A stretch of 64,000 nt of DNA from Octopus vulgaris. Taxonomy: Eukaryota. Positions 38,139 to 52,560 of this stretch are shown here, piece after piece. A program made the translations under genes and the position numbers. How positions within the stretch are numbered: position 1 is the first letter of the stretch; each line of letters opens with the position of its first letter. The notes under the pieces are model-generated. The model saw only the letters and a list, made by a program, of their open reading frames with translations, was not told the origin of the DNA and made no database searches. The stretch is from NCBI GenBank assembly GCA_951406725.2, contig OX597827.1:82398001-82462000 (forward strand), written 5' to 3'.

Positions 38139-39379
38139 CAGGGTGTGTAAGATATTTGAGGACAGATTTATGTTTATAAAAGGAACAGGTATATAATAAC
38201 AGATAATAACTTTATTTATCACAAATGCTATGACGATAAAAAAATAAACCTTTTTTTCTATAATGTCATTCAATAAAGCTATCTTCAGCTTCAACAACTG
38301 CTTCTAAATGAGATCTAAATCACCTACATATTCGATTCAAGTGGTCCTGGTTCATTTTGAACATTACTCTGACTATGGCACCTTTCAAAGAATCTTTGGT
38401 GTTATGGGTGTGTGCATTGACCTCTCTCTCAACAACACTCCACATGTAATAGTCTAACAGATTGGGTTCTGGGGAATTAAGAGGCCAAATGTTAGGGGTT
38501 AGGTGATCATGAACATTTTTAGCCATCCATTCCTGTGTTACTAGAGCCATGTGTGATAGTGCAGAGTCTTACTGAAACACATATGGCCTTCCATTGTATA
38601 CACTGTCTATCCAGGGCTTAACAATTATTTCCAGGACCTCACTGTAGGTGGCAGAGTTGACTCCTTGTGGAAAGAAATAAGGAGGCATCACATGTCCTTC
38701 ATCCATGACAGTTGCAGGGAATTTTGTATGCATAACACTTGGAACTTCAGAAAGATCTGCACATAACCATCTGTCATTTCTTCTGCTAACTTTTTGATGC
38801 TGGTTGAAGTTTTTCTCATTTGAGAAAAACCAAATCAAATTTTGATCTGCTGGATTTTTCAGTTTATTTAAGAGCCTTTTAGATCTGATATAATGATTTT
38901 CTTTTGCTTTTTCTGACCAATTGACCTTTCCTCATCTTATAAGACTTATATCTGATGTCTTTGTGGACATTTCTGACTGTTCCTTCTGACACATGGAGAT
39001 CTTTTGCAATTGACCTCATGGACTTTCTGGGATTGTAATCAAATGGTCTGTTAAACTTTCTGGATCAATTCAGGTGTTCTGATGATTTCAGAGCATTTAA
39101 AATGCTTTTTATGCTTTGATACTGGTGATATGTTTCCATCTTCAGTCTCTAGCTCCTTACAAACTTTGTAGATGAAAGATCTGGCAACTTTTAAAAATCG
39201 AGATATTTCTAAATCGCTATGTTCAGCCTTTATAACCACAATAACTAGATGCCTCTTCATTCCTTGAGTAAGCTGAGGGTCAGCCATTATTATTTTCTGA
39301 AACAAAGATTATACAGGGTTAGCAAAAAATGCAGCAATGACCCAAAAAAGGTATGTCCTCAAATACCTTATGCACCCTG
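38139..39379 (-). mobile_element. Near full-length DD37D (maT) Tc1/mariner, inactivated
   Basis: TA-flanked TIRs CAGGGTG(TG/CA)TAAG(A/G)TATTTGAGGACA. WFFSNEKNF marks the D1 region. VFQ*DSALSH...WPLNSPEPNLLDYYMW has 37 residues between D2 and D3. Confidence 0.92.
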
Positions 39380-39804
39380 TATATATACGCATATAAATAT
39401 ATGATATGATATATATATATATGTATATATATATATATGTGTGTATATATATGTATATGTATTTAGTTCAAATTTACTGGAAACAAAAGAAAGACGCAGA
39501 CAGGGGGAGGGATAATAAGCAGAAGTATTAGTTTAATAATCAGGAGGAATGGAAATGTCTTTGATCTTTCAGGCTCTTTGATAGAAAGGATTGTGAAGAA
39601 AGAAAATAAATGGAAAAAGAGCAGTAAGAAATGGAGAGAGAAAATAGTGTGTAAGGATTAATGGTTCAACCATTGTGAACTGGCCAGAATAAAGAGGTAA
39701 AGTGGAAGGGAGATAATAACGGTGACCCAACCGAACTGGGGTGCGCAAGCACGTGAGTGTCTGTGAGAAGGGTGTGTGAATAGGGGCAAGTGCATGAGAA
39801 TAAA

Positions 39805-40703
39805 CACTGAACCACAAAAGAAATGCAATTTTTTCAAATGTCATTTTTATTTGGTAAATTCTGAAAATTTATTTCGGGGATGTAAGTGTAAATATTCCAA
39901 GACATTCTGGTTTATGATTGCGGCCCAAATTGCAGGTAACCTTTCAACTTTTCCCAAAAAGCAGCAGCGTTGAATGCCATGGGTGGCAGTTGCAAACAAT
40001 TGTCATGGAAACTGAAATGTATGTGCATCTTGAGGAGGTTATAGGTATAAAAATCAACTTGAACTTCATCCCTGGCATTCATAATTTGGACACGTCAGGT
40101 ATGGCTTGATTGTCAGCAGAGAGAACAAGCTATCAGCCGATTGCAAGCAGGACAGCATGCCCTGGTTTTTATGAAAGCTTACAATGTCCATGTCAGTACT
40201 ATCTGTCGCCTGCAACAGCGATACAGCAACACCAACAGTACTGCAGACCATGCTTGCAGAGGGTGTCCCTGGGTGACCATGCCCAGGCTGGATCACTTCA
40301 TCTACCTGCAACAGCTCCATGATTGCTTCAAACCGGCCAGTGTGAGAGCTCACGAGACCATTAGCACTGGACAGTGAGCCATCAGCGACAACATGGTACA
40401 ATGTTGACAGGCTGCCAATGACCTGCATTGCCATCGTCCTACTCGAGGGCCTGTCCTTTCTGACCACCACCATCAAGCACAACTACACTGGCAGCATCAA
40501 TGATGGAGGTCGATAGTCTTCTCTGATGAGAGCCGATACTGTGTTTCCACTTCAGATGGCAGAGTGAAGGTATGGTGTAGGAGGGGGTGAAAGCTACAGA
40601 GACACACGGGTCAAGCATAGAGACAGAATGATGTCTCTGACATAATGGAATGAAAACATATTTCACAGTCACACACATCTCGTGTTTCTTTTGCGGCTGA
40701 GGG
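39805..40703 (+). mobile_element. Internally deleted Tc1-like element
   Basis: Imperfect TIRs CACTGAACCACAAAAGAAA / CCCTCAGCCGCAAAAGAAA (15/19). Translation gives VHVSTICRLQQRY...WRSIVFSDESRYCVSTSDGRVKVW. Confidence 0.8.
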
Positions 40704-41190
40704 TATGTGTGGTCAAGCTTAAAATTATGTCAGCCTCTGTGTGTGGTTGAAAGGGGATTTGGCTGTCCTTTTTAACAGGTTCAATCCCCATATAGCACTG
40801 GCCCATCCCTTATCCACTAGCTCCGTCTCCAATGATCAAAAACACTTCTTAAACACAGTCTACCTAAGGCTACATTAATTCAGTGTGTTCTTCTCTTTTT
40901 GAGAAGTTACCAGTGTTGGGAAGGAAATTTGGCTGCTATTTCTTACATAACAAATCCACAAACCACACGGAGAAGAGGGTCACTTAATCTAAGGTGGAGG
41001 TGGTGGTGATGGTAGTGGTAAGGTACAACGTGGTAGTGAGGAGGAGGAGGAGGATTTGTGTGTTGTATACTTTACACATATACAGTGATGTAAAGTAAAT
41101 ATATTTAAGCCAGTTATAGGAAGCCTGGGGCTATTCTAGGGTTTTCTAAATGACAAGCTTAACGAAAATTTACTTTAAAATTTTTAGTAG

Positions 41191-41264
41191 TGCGGCCCGC
41201 CATGGCTAATGCGGCCCGCCATGGCTAATGCGGCCCGCGTCTCGAAAACGTTGCTCGTGCCTTG
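41191..41264. mobile_element. hAT-like terminus with 19-bp subterminal tandem (tgcggcccgccatggctaa x2.5)
   Basis: The reverse strand begins CAAGGCACGAGCAACGTTTT...GCGGGCCGCA, a Charlie/hAT-like end pattern. The partner end was not found. Confidence 0.5.
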
Positions 41265-41716
41265 TGATAAGTATTAAAAGAATTTAGGTTATTTGAGCGA
41301 AGGGAGGCTACTCTGAACAGACTGAATGGTAAAGGACAACAGCCGCATTCGTCAGTGTGGCGCTACTGTGTTCCGGAGACGGAGAAACAGAGACGACTGT
41401 GGGTGTGTAGGGTGTAAGGGAGACAACTGATGGTGTCTTCGCTGTCGGTAGCATCTTCTGCTTCCCTGGCGATTCCTGACGTTTCCTCACCTTTGCACAC
41501 ACGCACGCGTCTTGCTTTGCCACCGTCTGACCGCGGTTGGAGAATGTGCGAAGGGGATTCTGTGTGTGTGTGTGTGTGTGTGGTATGTTCTCGCTCTCTG
41601 GATTACACACCCGTCTTCGTCTTTTGTTTTTTTGTAAATTCTCACTATATATATATATATATTTATATATGTATATACATACATATATATGCATACATAT
41701 ATGTATATATACATAC

Positions 41717-41748
<32 letters not shown>

Positions 41749-41755
41749 GTATTTA

Positions 41756-41807
<52 letters not shown>

Positions 41808-42093
41808 TATATATATATACACACATATATACATATATATACACACATATATATATCTTTTCTGTTATCTTTCTTTTACTAGTTTCAGTCATTTTTGGAC
41901 TGTGGCCATGCTGGGGCACCGTCTTGGAGATTTTTAGGCGAATGAATTGACCCCAATACTTATTTTTTTAAAATCTGGTACTTATTCTATCAATCTTTTT
42001 TGCTGAACTGCTAAGTTATGGAGACGTAAACACACCAACATCGGTTGTCAAGTGATGGTGGGGGACAAACACAGACACAAAGACACATGCAAA

Positions 42094-42124
<31 letters not shown>

Positions 42125-42404
42125 GTAACATATACATATATATATATCTATATGTATCTATCTATCTATCTATATATATATATATATATATAGATAGATA
42201 GATAGATAGATACATTTAGATATATATACATGCATATATATATATATATATGGTGGGCTTCTTTCAGTTTCCATTTAGCAAATCTACTCACAAGGCTTTG
42301 GTCAGCCTGAGGCTATAGAAGACACTTGCCCAAGGTGCCACACAGCAGGATTGAACCTGGAACCATGTGGTTGGTAAGCAAGCTTCTTACCACACACCCA
42401 CTCT

Positions 42405-42448
<44 letters not shown>

Positions 42449-42539
42449 CACACAAACACACACACACACACACACATATATGCAAACACACACAGAGACA
42501 CACACACACATATATGTATGTATGTATGTATGTGTATAT

Positions 42540-42540
<1 letters not shown>

Positions 42541-42583
<43 letters not shown>

Positions 42584-42770
42584 TCAATGTCTGTCTTTGA
42601 GGCTGCCATGGGTTGGACAGTTTGACAGGACATGGGAAAGGCCAACAACCACACCAACAGGCTCTACTTGTCCGCTTTTGCCATGGTTCCTCTGACTGGG
42701 TGCCCTTCCTAATGCCAACCACTTTACAGGGTGTCCTGGGTACCTTTCATGCGTCAGCAGCACCACACTT
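42541..42770 (-). mobile_element. RTE 3' tail fragment
   Basis: (cat)n followed by ccatgggttggacagtttgac...tgcccttcctaatgccaacc. Confidence 0.75.
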
Positions 42771-43002
42771 GGCCAGTTTCCCATAAATCTAAGAAGAAAA
42801 AATCCATGCACAAACTTTGCCGGGTGGGGAGCAATCATGTTTCCTGTTGACCTCGGTTATGGTCAGTCAGAAAGCTGCCATTGGTTTCACGTCTATTATT
42901 GCTGTTCTTGGCAAACTATATATGTGCATCTGTGTGTGTGCGCACACACACATTCATGCAAGCATGTATGTGTGTGTGTGTGTGTGTATGTATGTATATG
43001 TA

Positions 43003-43039
<37 letters not shown>

Positions 43040-43638
43040 CTTCCCTGCGTGTATCCTTTGCTCTTCGTACCTTCCGTCCGTGGCATCCTCTCATTAGACT
43101 ATACCACCCAACATTAAATCCTCTTTAGAAATAACAGCTAGCTGTCACCCAATCATGTTAAAATAGAAGGACACATTAAACAAAGTAGTTGCTAGATTCT
43201 AAACCAACAGGATCGTCAGAATATCCATGATCTCATGGTTACTCAATCAGGAATGGCCTAGGGTTAAACAACAACCCCATTTTTCTAATCACACCCAATG
43301 CCCATTTTCAACATCATAGTGACCATCCCTTCTCTTACAACCTCTCCACTTTCTATTCATTTTTCGTTTCTCATTGATATCTTGTTATGTCCACCAAATA
43401 TTCTCTCCTCTTTATACCAAACACTTACTCTTCCTCCCTCTCACTCACTCACTCTATCTATCTATCTATCTAATTCTGCCCCTCCATCTTTTGTCCCCTT
43501 TCTCTATCCCTCCTCTTTCAATAATATATGCTGATCTGCCAATCTTCTTCCCTCCCCTTTTTCTCATCCTTCTTCTCCTCCACCTCCTCTCATTCCATCC
43601 TTCCCCCATCCTTGTCCTCCTTCACCAGCAGACACCCT

Positions 43639-43680
<42 letters not shown>

Positions 43681-44217
43681 CTCTCCCTCTTTCTATCTAT
43701 CTATCTATCTATCTCTCTCTCTTATCAGTTCTTCATCCTTCATACATCCTTGCCATCACCAATGTCATCCTCACTCAGCTATTTTCTCCCTTTTTTCTTC
43801 TGTATCCATTGACCCGTCTCAGTCTAGCACTGACCACTTCTCTAATACTGACCATGAGTCATGTATTCCAGCCAGTTTTTATGTTTATTTTTCCCAAGCT
43901 AGCATGGGTTAGAAGGATATATATTATTGAGGCAGTGTTGTGCAGTTGGATGCCCTTCCTGTCACCAACCATTATTCTTATCAGCTTTTCAAGGAAGAAA
44001 TAACAAAAATAAAAAATGGCAACACACACACACACACACACACGTGTGCATGCGTGCATACACACACGCACGCGCGCACAGATGCACATACATATATGCA
44101 TTCATGTATGAATGTATGTATATGTAAGTGTGTGTGGGTGTGTGCGTGATGCCATTTTTTTATTTTTGTTTATATATATATCCATATATACATATATATA
44201 TATACATATATATATAT

Positions 44218-44382
<165 letters not shown>

Positions 44383-44441
44383 AGAGAGAGAGAGAGAGAT
44401 AGATAGATAGATAGATAGATATACACAGACATATACATACA

Positions 44442-45620
44442 GCTTGCCCCTGGGAGCTCCTTTATGCTGATGATCTTGTTATTATAGCAGAATCACTACC
44501 AGAACTAGAGAAGAAGTTCCAGGTATGGAAGCAGATGTCTGGAATCAAAGGGCCTTAGAGTTAATTTAGCAAAAACCAAAGTCTCAGTAAGTAAGAAAAC
44601 AGACAAATCGCAGATCCCCTCAGCGGGGTTGTCCTGTCTGATAAGTAGAAACGGCATAGGTAGAAACTCCATAAGGTGTACCCAGTGCAAACTATGGACA
44701 CATAAGCAATATGAGAGGAAGGTTAACGGAAAATAGTCTTTGTGTGTGGAAGGTGCACAGGTACAATAAACACTACAAAATGTACAGAAAATAGACTGCA
44801 TCAAATGCCAGTGGGGAAGCTAGAAGTAGTTGATAGCTTCCATTATCTAGGTGAGCAAGTGAGCAGTGGAGGTGGATGGTCCAAGGGCATAGCTGCTAGA
44901 ATAAGAATAGGCAGGGCAGAGTTCAGAGTGCTTCCACCTTAGTAACGAAGGGCCTTTTCACTCAGAGTGAAAGATAGAGTGTTTAATGTCTGTGTGCAGA
45001 CAGCCATGCTACACAGTAGTGAAACATGTGACTGCAGAGGACATGTGAAGGCTGGAAAGAAATGAAGCCAGTGTGCTTCACTGGATGTGCAATGTCAGTG
45101 TGCAAGTATGAGAGAGTGCAAGTGTCTTGAGAGAAAGATTGGGCATAAGAGGCATCTGATGTGGTGTGCAAGAGAGACAGATGTGCTGGTGTGGTCATGG
45201 GGGAGGACAGCCATGTAAAGAAGTGCTGATCATGAACTGTGGAGGGAAGCTGTGGTAGAGGTAGACCCCAGGAAGACATCAGATGAGGAGGTGAAATATG
45301 AGCTTCAGTTGTTGAGTGTTATGGAGGTAAGGACAAATGATCGAGATCTTTGTTTGCTGTGCTTGAGAAGGACGGTTAAGCTAAGAGAAATTAGGGTTGT
45401 GAGCAGTGCTGGAGACACATAAAGGGCACCCAGTACACTCTGAGGAGTGGTTGGCATTTGGGAGGGCACTAAGCCATAGAAACCAAAGCAAAACAGACGA
45501 CTGGAGATTGGTGCTGTTCTCTGGCTTACCAGCTCCAGTCCAACCATCTTTTCCATGTCTGTATGGAAAACAGACATTGAGTTATGATGGATGATGATGG
45601 TGATAAGGACGATGATGATG
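44442..45620 (+). mobile_element. 5'-truncated RTE-clade LINE (RT C-half plus 3' tail)
   Basis: [17 protein letters not shown]...LESKGLRVNLAKTK...CTQCKLWTHK...FVCGRC...LEVVDSFHYLG...ARIRIG, with frameshifts. It ends in the family tail and (GAT)n. Confidence 0.92.
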
Positions 45621-46426
45621 ATGGTGTGTGTGTGGGAGGGGATAGGCTTCATTCGGTTTCCATTTACCAAATCTACTCAGAAGGCTTTGGTTGGCCTGAG
45701 GCTGTACTAGAAGCTGCAAGCACAAAATGCCACACAGTAGGACTGAACTCAACATCACATGGTTGAAAAGCAAACGTCCTAACCACACACCCATGCGTGC
45801 ACCTCTTACATTCTACACACATTACACACCACATCTATTACATTGCATACATTTCATAAACAAACATTACATACCTCATATATTCACTTTACATATCATA
45901 TAACTTAAATTATGCACCACAAACATTACATAGCATACATTACATAACAAACACTGCCTCCCACACACATTTTATTGCCCATATTTCATATCGCATACAT
46001 TATACATCTTACAGATCCATACAACACTCTCTCCTCTCCTTCAATGTTACATGTCAACCACTACCAACTCGATTTAACGAAGATACCCCTGATAATGGTT
46101 TGAATGGATAGATATCGAATATAATGGATGGAGTTGGTTGAAGATCATTGTGTTGTTGTGATGTGTGGTTACATGTCAAGCACAATGGAGTTTATCCAAA
46201 ATACTCCTGAGGAGGGTTAACGAGTAATCCATCATCTTTTGTATTTTGGCGATAATTAAAAGTCAAAATGACGGACTTTGTTTTAGGATTTTTGGTTGTT
46301 TTTGCTATCAAGGATAAAAACGTGTGTGTACATGTATATGAGTATATGTATGTATGTATGTAGATATACATACATATACATATATATATTATACATATAT
46401 GTATGTATGTATGTAGATATACATAC

Positions 46427-46482
<56 letters not shown>

Positions 46483-47640
46483 ACAAACACGTGTGTTTTG
46501 GGGTTCAGTGTGCTTGAATGTACATATATATATATATAGAAAGTGAGAGAGAGAGAGAGAGCGCTAAAGAGATAGAGAGATAGGTAGATAGATAGACAGA
46601 TAAAGAGAGAGAGAGAAATAGAGAAAGAGAGAGAGAGAGAGAGAAAGAGAGGTAGATAGACAGATAAAGAGAGGTAGATAGATAGATAGACAGATAGATA
46701 TAGATATAGACATATGTGTGTGTGCATGTATGTATATGTGTGCATTTTGTGTGTGTGTGTGGCTGTGAGTCTTTCTACTAATGTATTTACCTTTGTCATT
46801 CATCCATTTTTTATTATATCTCATACAAATTAAATTAGCCATTTGTTAATTTCTCTCCAGCAATGTTAAATAATCCCCGACGGGTTTATCCGAATGTGTG
46901 TGTAGGTGTGCATGCATAAGCATTGATGTGCGTGCCTACTGTGTGTGTAAGTATTTGTGTGTATGTGTCGATGTAAGTAAGAGAGAAACAGACATAGAGC
47001 AACGTATCGTACTCACATATACACACACACATATATATATATAAACACATTCACACGCATCTCTACATCCGAAGCAACAGACATAGCCTGAGACATTGGG
47101 GATCGTACGCAGGGATGAATATTTTGCTTTCTACTCATGAGTGGCTGTGTGGTAAGGAGTTTGGTGCCCCAATCATGTGGTCTTGGGTTCAGTCCTATAG
47201 TGCAACATCTTGGCCAAGTTTGTGGGCCAAGCAAAGCCTTGAGGAGGATTTGGTCAGGTGGAAACTCAATGAAGCCCTTCAGACATTTATATGTGTGTGT
47301 GTGTGTGTGTGAGTATGTGTGTGTGTGAGTATGTGTGTGTGAGTATGTGTGTGTGTGAGTGTGTGTGTGTGTGTGTGTATGTGTGTGTGTGTGTGTGCAT
47401 GTGTGTGTGTGTGTGTGAGTGTGAGTATGTGTGTGTGTGTGAGTGTCTCTTGTTTGTTTCACTCATTAGAGTGCGGTCATGCTGGAGTACCACCTGGAAG
47501 CACTTTAATTAAACGAATCAAACCCTGTATTTATTTGTTTATTAAACCTGGTGCTTATTCTATCAGTCTCTTTTGCTGAACAGTTGTCAAGTGGTGGTGG
47601 AAGACAGACACATACAAGGACACACACTCACACACATATA

Positions 47641-48905
47641 CAGGGGTGGGACAAAATAACGGAAACACCTTAAAATTCCAAACAAATTTATCTTAATATG
47701 GGGTAGGACTGCCTATGGCAGTAATTACAGCTTGAATCCTACGAGGTATGGACTCATACTAAGTTTGAATTGTTTCCAAAGGAATTCTTGTCCATTCTTC
47801 AGCTAAAACAGTCTCCAGTTCTTGTTGTGATGATGGTGGAAGATATCGACTCCTTACTTGTTTTTTTAAAATGCACCATAAATGTTCAATAATGTTGAGA
47901 TCTGGGGACTGTGGTGGCCAGATAAGATGTTCAACTTCACTAGAATGTTCTTCATGCCATTCAGTAACAACTTTAGCTGTGTGAATTGGTGCATTATCAT
48001 CTTGAAAGATTGTGTTTCCCTCCGGAAACATTTCTGCAACCATAGGATGAATTGGTTCAGATAAAATGCTTAAATAATCTTGACTATTAATTCTGCCATG
48101 AAGGGAAACCATTGGGCTGGTGGATTTCCAAGATATAGCCCTCCAGATTATCACAGATCCTCCATGTTTAACAGTTGGAAGAATGCAGTCTGGGTCAAAT
48201 GCTTCTTTTTGACTGTCTCCACATGTATACTAGGCCAGTAGTCAGAAATGAGGTAAAGCATGACTTGGAGAAAATAACATTCTTCCACTGCTCTAGGCAC
48301 CAATTCTGTAGGTTTTTACTCCACTCTAAATGCTTTCCAATGTTTGTTTTTGAAAGTAGTGGTTTTCTGATTGCAGCCCTCCCATGAAATCTGGCTTTGT
48401 GCAGCTTCCAGCAAACAGTTTTTGTGGAAACTGGGTTCTCAAGGTGGTCATTAAGCTCTGCAGTAATTTTGGGAGCTGTATATTTCTGATCCTTTCTTAC
48501 AATTTGCATAAGAGTCCGACGGTCCCTATCTGAAAGTTTTGGTTTCCTTCTCGAGTTTTGTTTCGACGAGGAGGTTTTTGCCTCTTTCTCAAAGGCTGTC
48601 ATTACTTTTGAGACAATACTTCTTGATACACCAAACATCTCAGCTGTTTTCATTATGCTAGTGCCTACCATACGAGCACCAATAATTCGACCTCTTTGAA
48701 AGTCCAATAGATCTGTCATTTTAATGAATTTTAATTACCTTTTTCTGATGATATCTGAAAAGAAACAGCAATTTTAGCAAAACATATTAAGCAACACTAA
48801 TAAGAAATCAAAAACATAAAAACATAAGCTTTTGAAGGTTTTATAGATATTTCAAAATTATGATGCTATGATGCTAGGTGTTTCCATTATTTTGTCCAAC
48901 CCCTG
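47641..48905 (-). mobile_element. Full-length Tc1-like element with DD36E spacing, inactivated
   Basis: TA-flanked 30-bp TIRs CAGGGGT(G/T)GGACAAAATAA(C/T)GGAAACACCT. ORFs 48195-48719 (paired-like HTH, MTDLLDFQRGRIIGAR) and 47759-48154 (FQDDNAPIH...WPPQSPDLNIIEHLW). Confidence 0.95.
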
Positions 48906-49421
48906 TATATATATATACAATGGGCTTCTTTCAGTTTCCATCTACCAAATCCACCACAGTTTTTTGGTCAGCCTGAGACTATAATAGAAGACACATGCCC
49001 AAAGTGTCATACAGTGGGACTGAACCCAGAGCCCTACGGTTGGGAAGCAAGCTTCTCACCACACAATCAGGTTTGTGTGTGTGTGTGTGTGTGTGTGTGC
49101 ATACAGAAATGTGTGTGTACAAATGTGTGTGTGTGTATGTGTGTGTACCTTTGTCAAGATGTTGCATCCTGGTTGCAAGTGAACAGCATTGTCATACTTG
49201 CAACGTCGCTTGTTTCCAGTCTTCCATGAAAACATGCCTGGCTGTCGGAGAAAACAACCCAGTTCGGAAACAGGTGAGGATTGGTGACTGGAAGGGCATC
49301 CAGCCGTAAAAGGATTCGCCTCAGCGAATTTCGTTTAATTCATGCAATCATGGACCATGGATACGTGAATGTTAAATGACGAGGAACAGGAGGAGATGGT
49401 CATACAGACAGACAGACAGAT

Positions 49422-49452
<31 letters not shown>

Positions 49453-49454
49453 CG

Positions 49455-49490
<36 letters not shown>

Positions 49491-50569
49491 CATGTGTGTG
49501 TATATATCTATCTATCTATCTATCTATATATATATATATATATATATTGGCATCTATCTATCTATATATATCTATCTATCTATATATATATATATATATA
49601 TAGCCATCTATCTATCTATCTATCTATATATATATATATATATATATATAGCTAGCTATATAACCAGGCATACAGATACACACCTTATGCTAACTTCCAT
49701 TACACACACAGACACACACACTTCCATAGCCACTGCAGATATGTCTACCTTTCCCCTGGTGAAGCAGGTGGGTGGGTGGGGTGAGAGAGATGAAAGATAT
49801 TACACTATATTTGCTAATAACACCTAATCAAGAGGGTTGTTTTGTTTATTAGCCATTGTTTGCTCATGTCTGCCTTCCTTTTTTTTTCTGGCACACAGCA
49901 ATAATTACACATTGTTGCAAACACTTGCAACATTTTCTTCTTCTACCCTCGTTAAGATGTGTCATCTAATTTTTCAATCAGCACATTTTTTCTAGTAATT
50001 AACACCAGTGCCAATGAGAAGTTGATCGGGAATAGTGAAATATCCGATTAGAAGCTGGCCAATTTTGCTGCCAGCATCAATGTGATAATTAAATTATTGT
50101 GCAGCATTTCTGCATCTGCTTAATGCAGTTTCCTACAAAAGCAGCAGCAGTCACTATCATCATTGTGGTGGTGGTGGCGATGGTGGCGGTGGCGGCGGCG
50201 GCGGTGGTGGTGGTGGCGATGGTGGTGGTGGTGGTGGTGGTGGTATTAATACAGGATTTCTTTTATTCGCTTTTGTCTTTCATTGCAGTTTGTCGATTTT
50301 ACAATAGTTTTAGGTATTTTTATTCCTTTCTTTAGAATTTGGTTTTATTGAATTACCTGTCGAGTGTATATAAGCATTCAAATATACATATATATATATC
50401 TACATTTACATATATAAATGTATGTAGTGTATGCGTGTGCCTGTGTGTGCAGGCATGTATAAAATATATATAAGTATATCTAATTAATTTCACAAATTGA
50501 CATAGAGGGTGTATAATACCACTCAAGTGTCCTAATTGGTGACAAATATTCATAACTCAGTGAAGTGCA

Positions 50570-50644
<75 letters not shown>

Positions 50645-51012
50645 ATATATATGTATGTACGTATATATTTAAATATATACTTTCTCACCTATATATATAT
50701 GTATGTATGTACAGTATGTATGTGTATGTATGTGTATGTATGTGTGCATATATACATGTACATGTGCATATATATATCTTGTGTGTATATGCATATGTGT
50801 GTATAGAGAGAGAGATGGAGAGATAGTTATATAGGTATGGTTGTAATTGCACACCCATTTTAGTATAAACATACTGACACACACAGGTGTGCATCAAACA
50901 ATACACACACACACACACACACACACATTCATATTAATACATAGATATTCACAAAAACTGATTCATACGTCCTGTTTCTAATCACTAAATACAACAGGGA
51001 TAACCTGGCACA

Positions 51013-51062
<50 letters not shown>

Positions 51063-51078
51063 TGCACACACGCATGCA

Positions 51079-51113
<35 letters not shown>

Positions 51114-51252
51114 CATATATACATCTGTTATTTTCTTTCTGTATCACAATGCTTCAAACAAACTAGAAATGCTCTTCAATCCAAAAGAAAGGATCTGCAC
51201 AGACTCCCATTTCTAAGCTGTTCATTTGCGGGGAGTCTTTGTGCCTGAAATA

Positions 51253-51455
51253 CGAGGGTGAGTCAAAAAGTAATGCCATTTTATTAAGGACAGGTATAAT
51301 TACCCACACAGGAACATGTACCATACATCAGAATGAAGCTGGTCCTTTGTGGATCACATTCCTACTTCTCAACATAACCACCATTTCTCTGAATAGCAAT
51401 GTTCCACTTTTGAATGAGAGCATGTATCCCCTGCCACGTAAAATTCTGTTGACTG
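51253..51455 (-). mobile_element. mariner 3' end fragment
   Basis: TA|CGAGGGTGAGTCAAAAAGT terminus. The minus strand reads EFYVAG/IHALIQKWNIAIQRNGGYVEK*. Confidence 0.75.
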
Positions 51456-51969
51456 TAAAATTAAACAAAGAGTGGCCCAACACACGCATTCATTTAAGAA
51501 TAAACAATTGATTAATTCGACTGGCCTTAGCAAATATATATGGGAATTGAAATCTAAAGAAAATAAGTAAAACTTAAATTGGGAGATGGTCTGTAAAACT
51601 AAAACATATAGAATAGGTAATAAGTTGTGTTTACGATGAACAAACGAATTTATGGAAATATTACAATCTAATACTAAATTCATTAATTCCCAGGACGAGA
51701 GAAAAATAAAATGTAGACATAAATTGAATTACTTATATAATAAGTGTAACTAATTTTGAATACATATTAACACTAATTTTTGATTAATAATTATATAGTC
51801 AAAATTCAAGGGATTGATTTTAAAGATAGACTTAAAACAAAGATGTCTAAATATTGGTAGGTTTTCTCAAATGACGACCACACCATTACTATCAAAAGAC
51901 GACCACATCATTGCCATCTGAAGGAGAAAATCTTTCCCTGAGTTCATCCCATATAAATTCATTCATACA

Positions 51970-52560
51970 ATTTCAAGGCATTTGAAAACCATCCATACAA
52001 TTAGTAATTAAACCTTTTGGCCTTAAATTTATAATTGTCTCTTCTTTGAATGACAAAAATGAATGTAGTCTACTTTCCTTATTACTGCACAGCCGTCTTG
52101 TGAGAGATTTCGTTAGGTTTTTGTCCTTCATGTAAGAAATAAACCCCTTGGGAAAGATCATCTGCAGAATTTCAGTTTCATGCATAAAAGAATGTCGTAA
52201 ACATTGTCTTGGACTAACTAGAAATCTTCTCTCTTTTATTGTGTCCATTGATATTTGGAGGCAAATGATAAACAGGAAGGATTCTAAAGTATTCCCGTGA
52301 AGAAGTTTTGATATTACATCAAAAAAGTTTGTTTTACCATCAAAGTTTAATCGTCTGTTATTCACTGCTGAATCACTTCTAAAGGAAAATCAAAACAGTT
52401 CTTGTCTGGCAGACCAAGCTTGCATTAGATATCAAAAAGTTGATGAATTGCTGAAGAAATTGCAATTTCAGTGTGGCACTACTGTTTGTGGGCTTCAAAA
52501 CCATTTTGGATTCTGTATCAGGACAAAACTATTTGAAACATTACAGAGGCACAGTATAAC
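51970..52560 (-). mobile_element. Highly degraded non-LTR reverse transcriptase fragment
   Basis: DGKTNFFDVISKLLHGNTLESFLFIICL resembles the RT GVLQGDTLAPFLF motif. A QNGF remnant lies upstream. Confidence 0.55.

Noticed and set aside
41280-41640. CpG-rich block and 203-aa minus ORF
   Set aside because: Half of the ORF is microsatellite and there is no recognisable domain. The block is probably part of a young repeat next to the hAT-like end.
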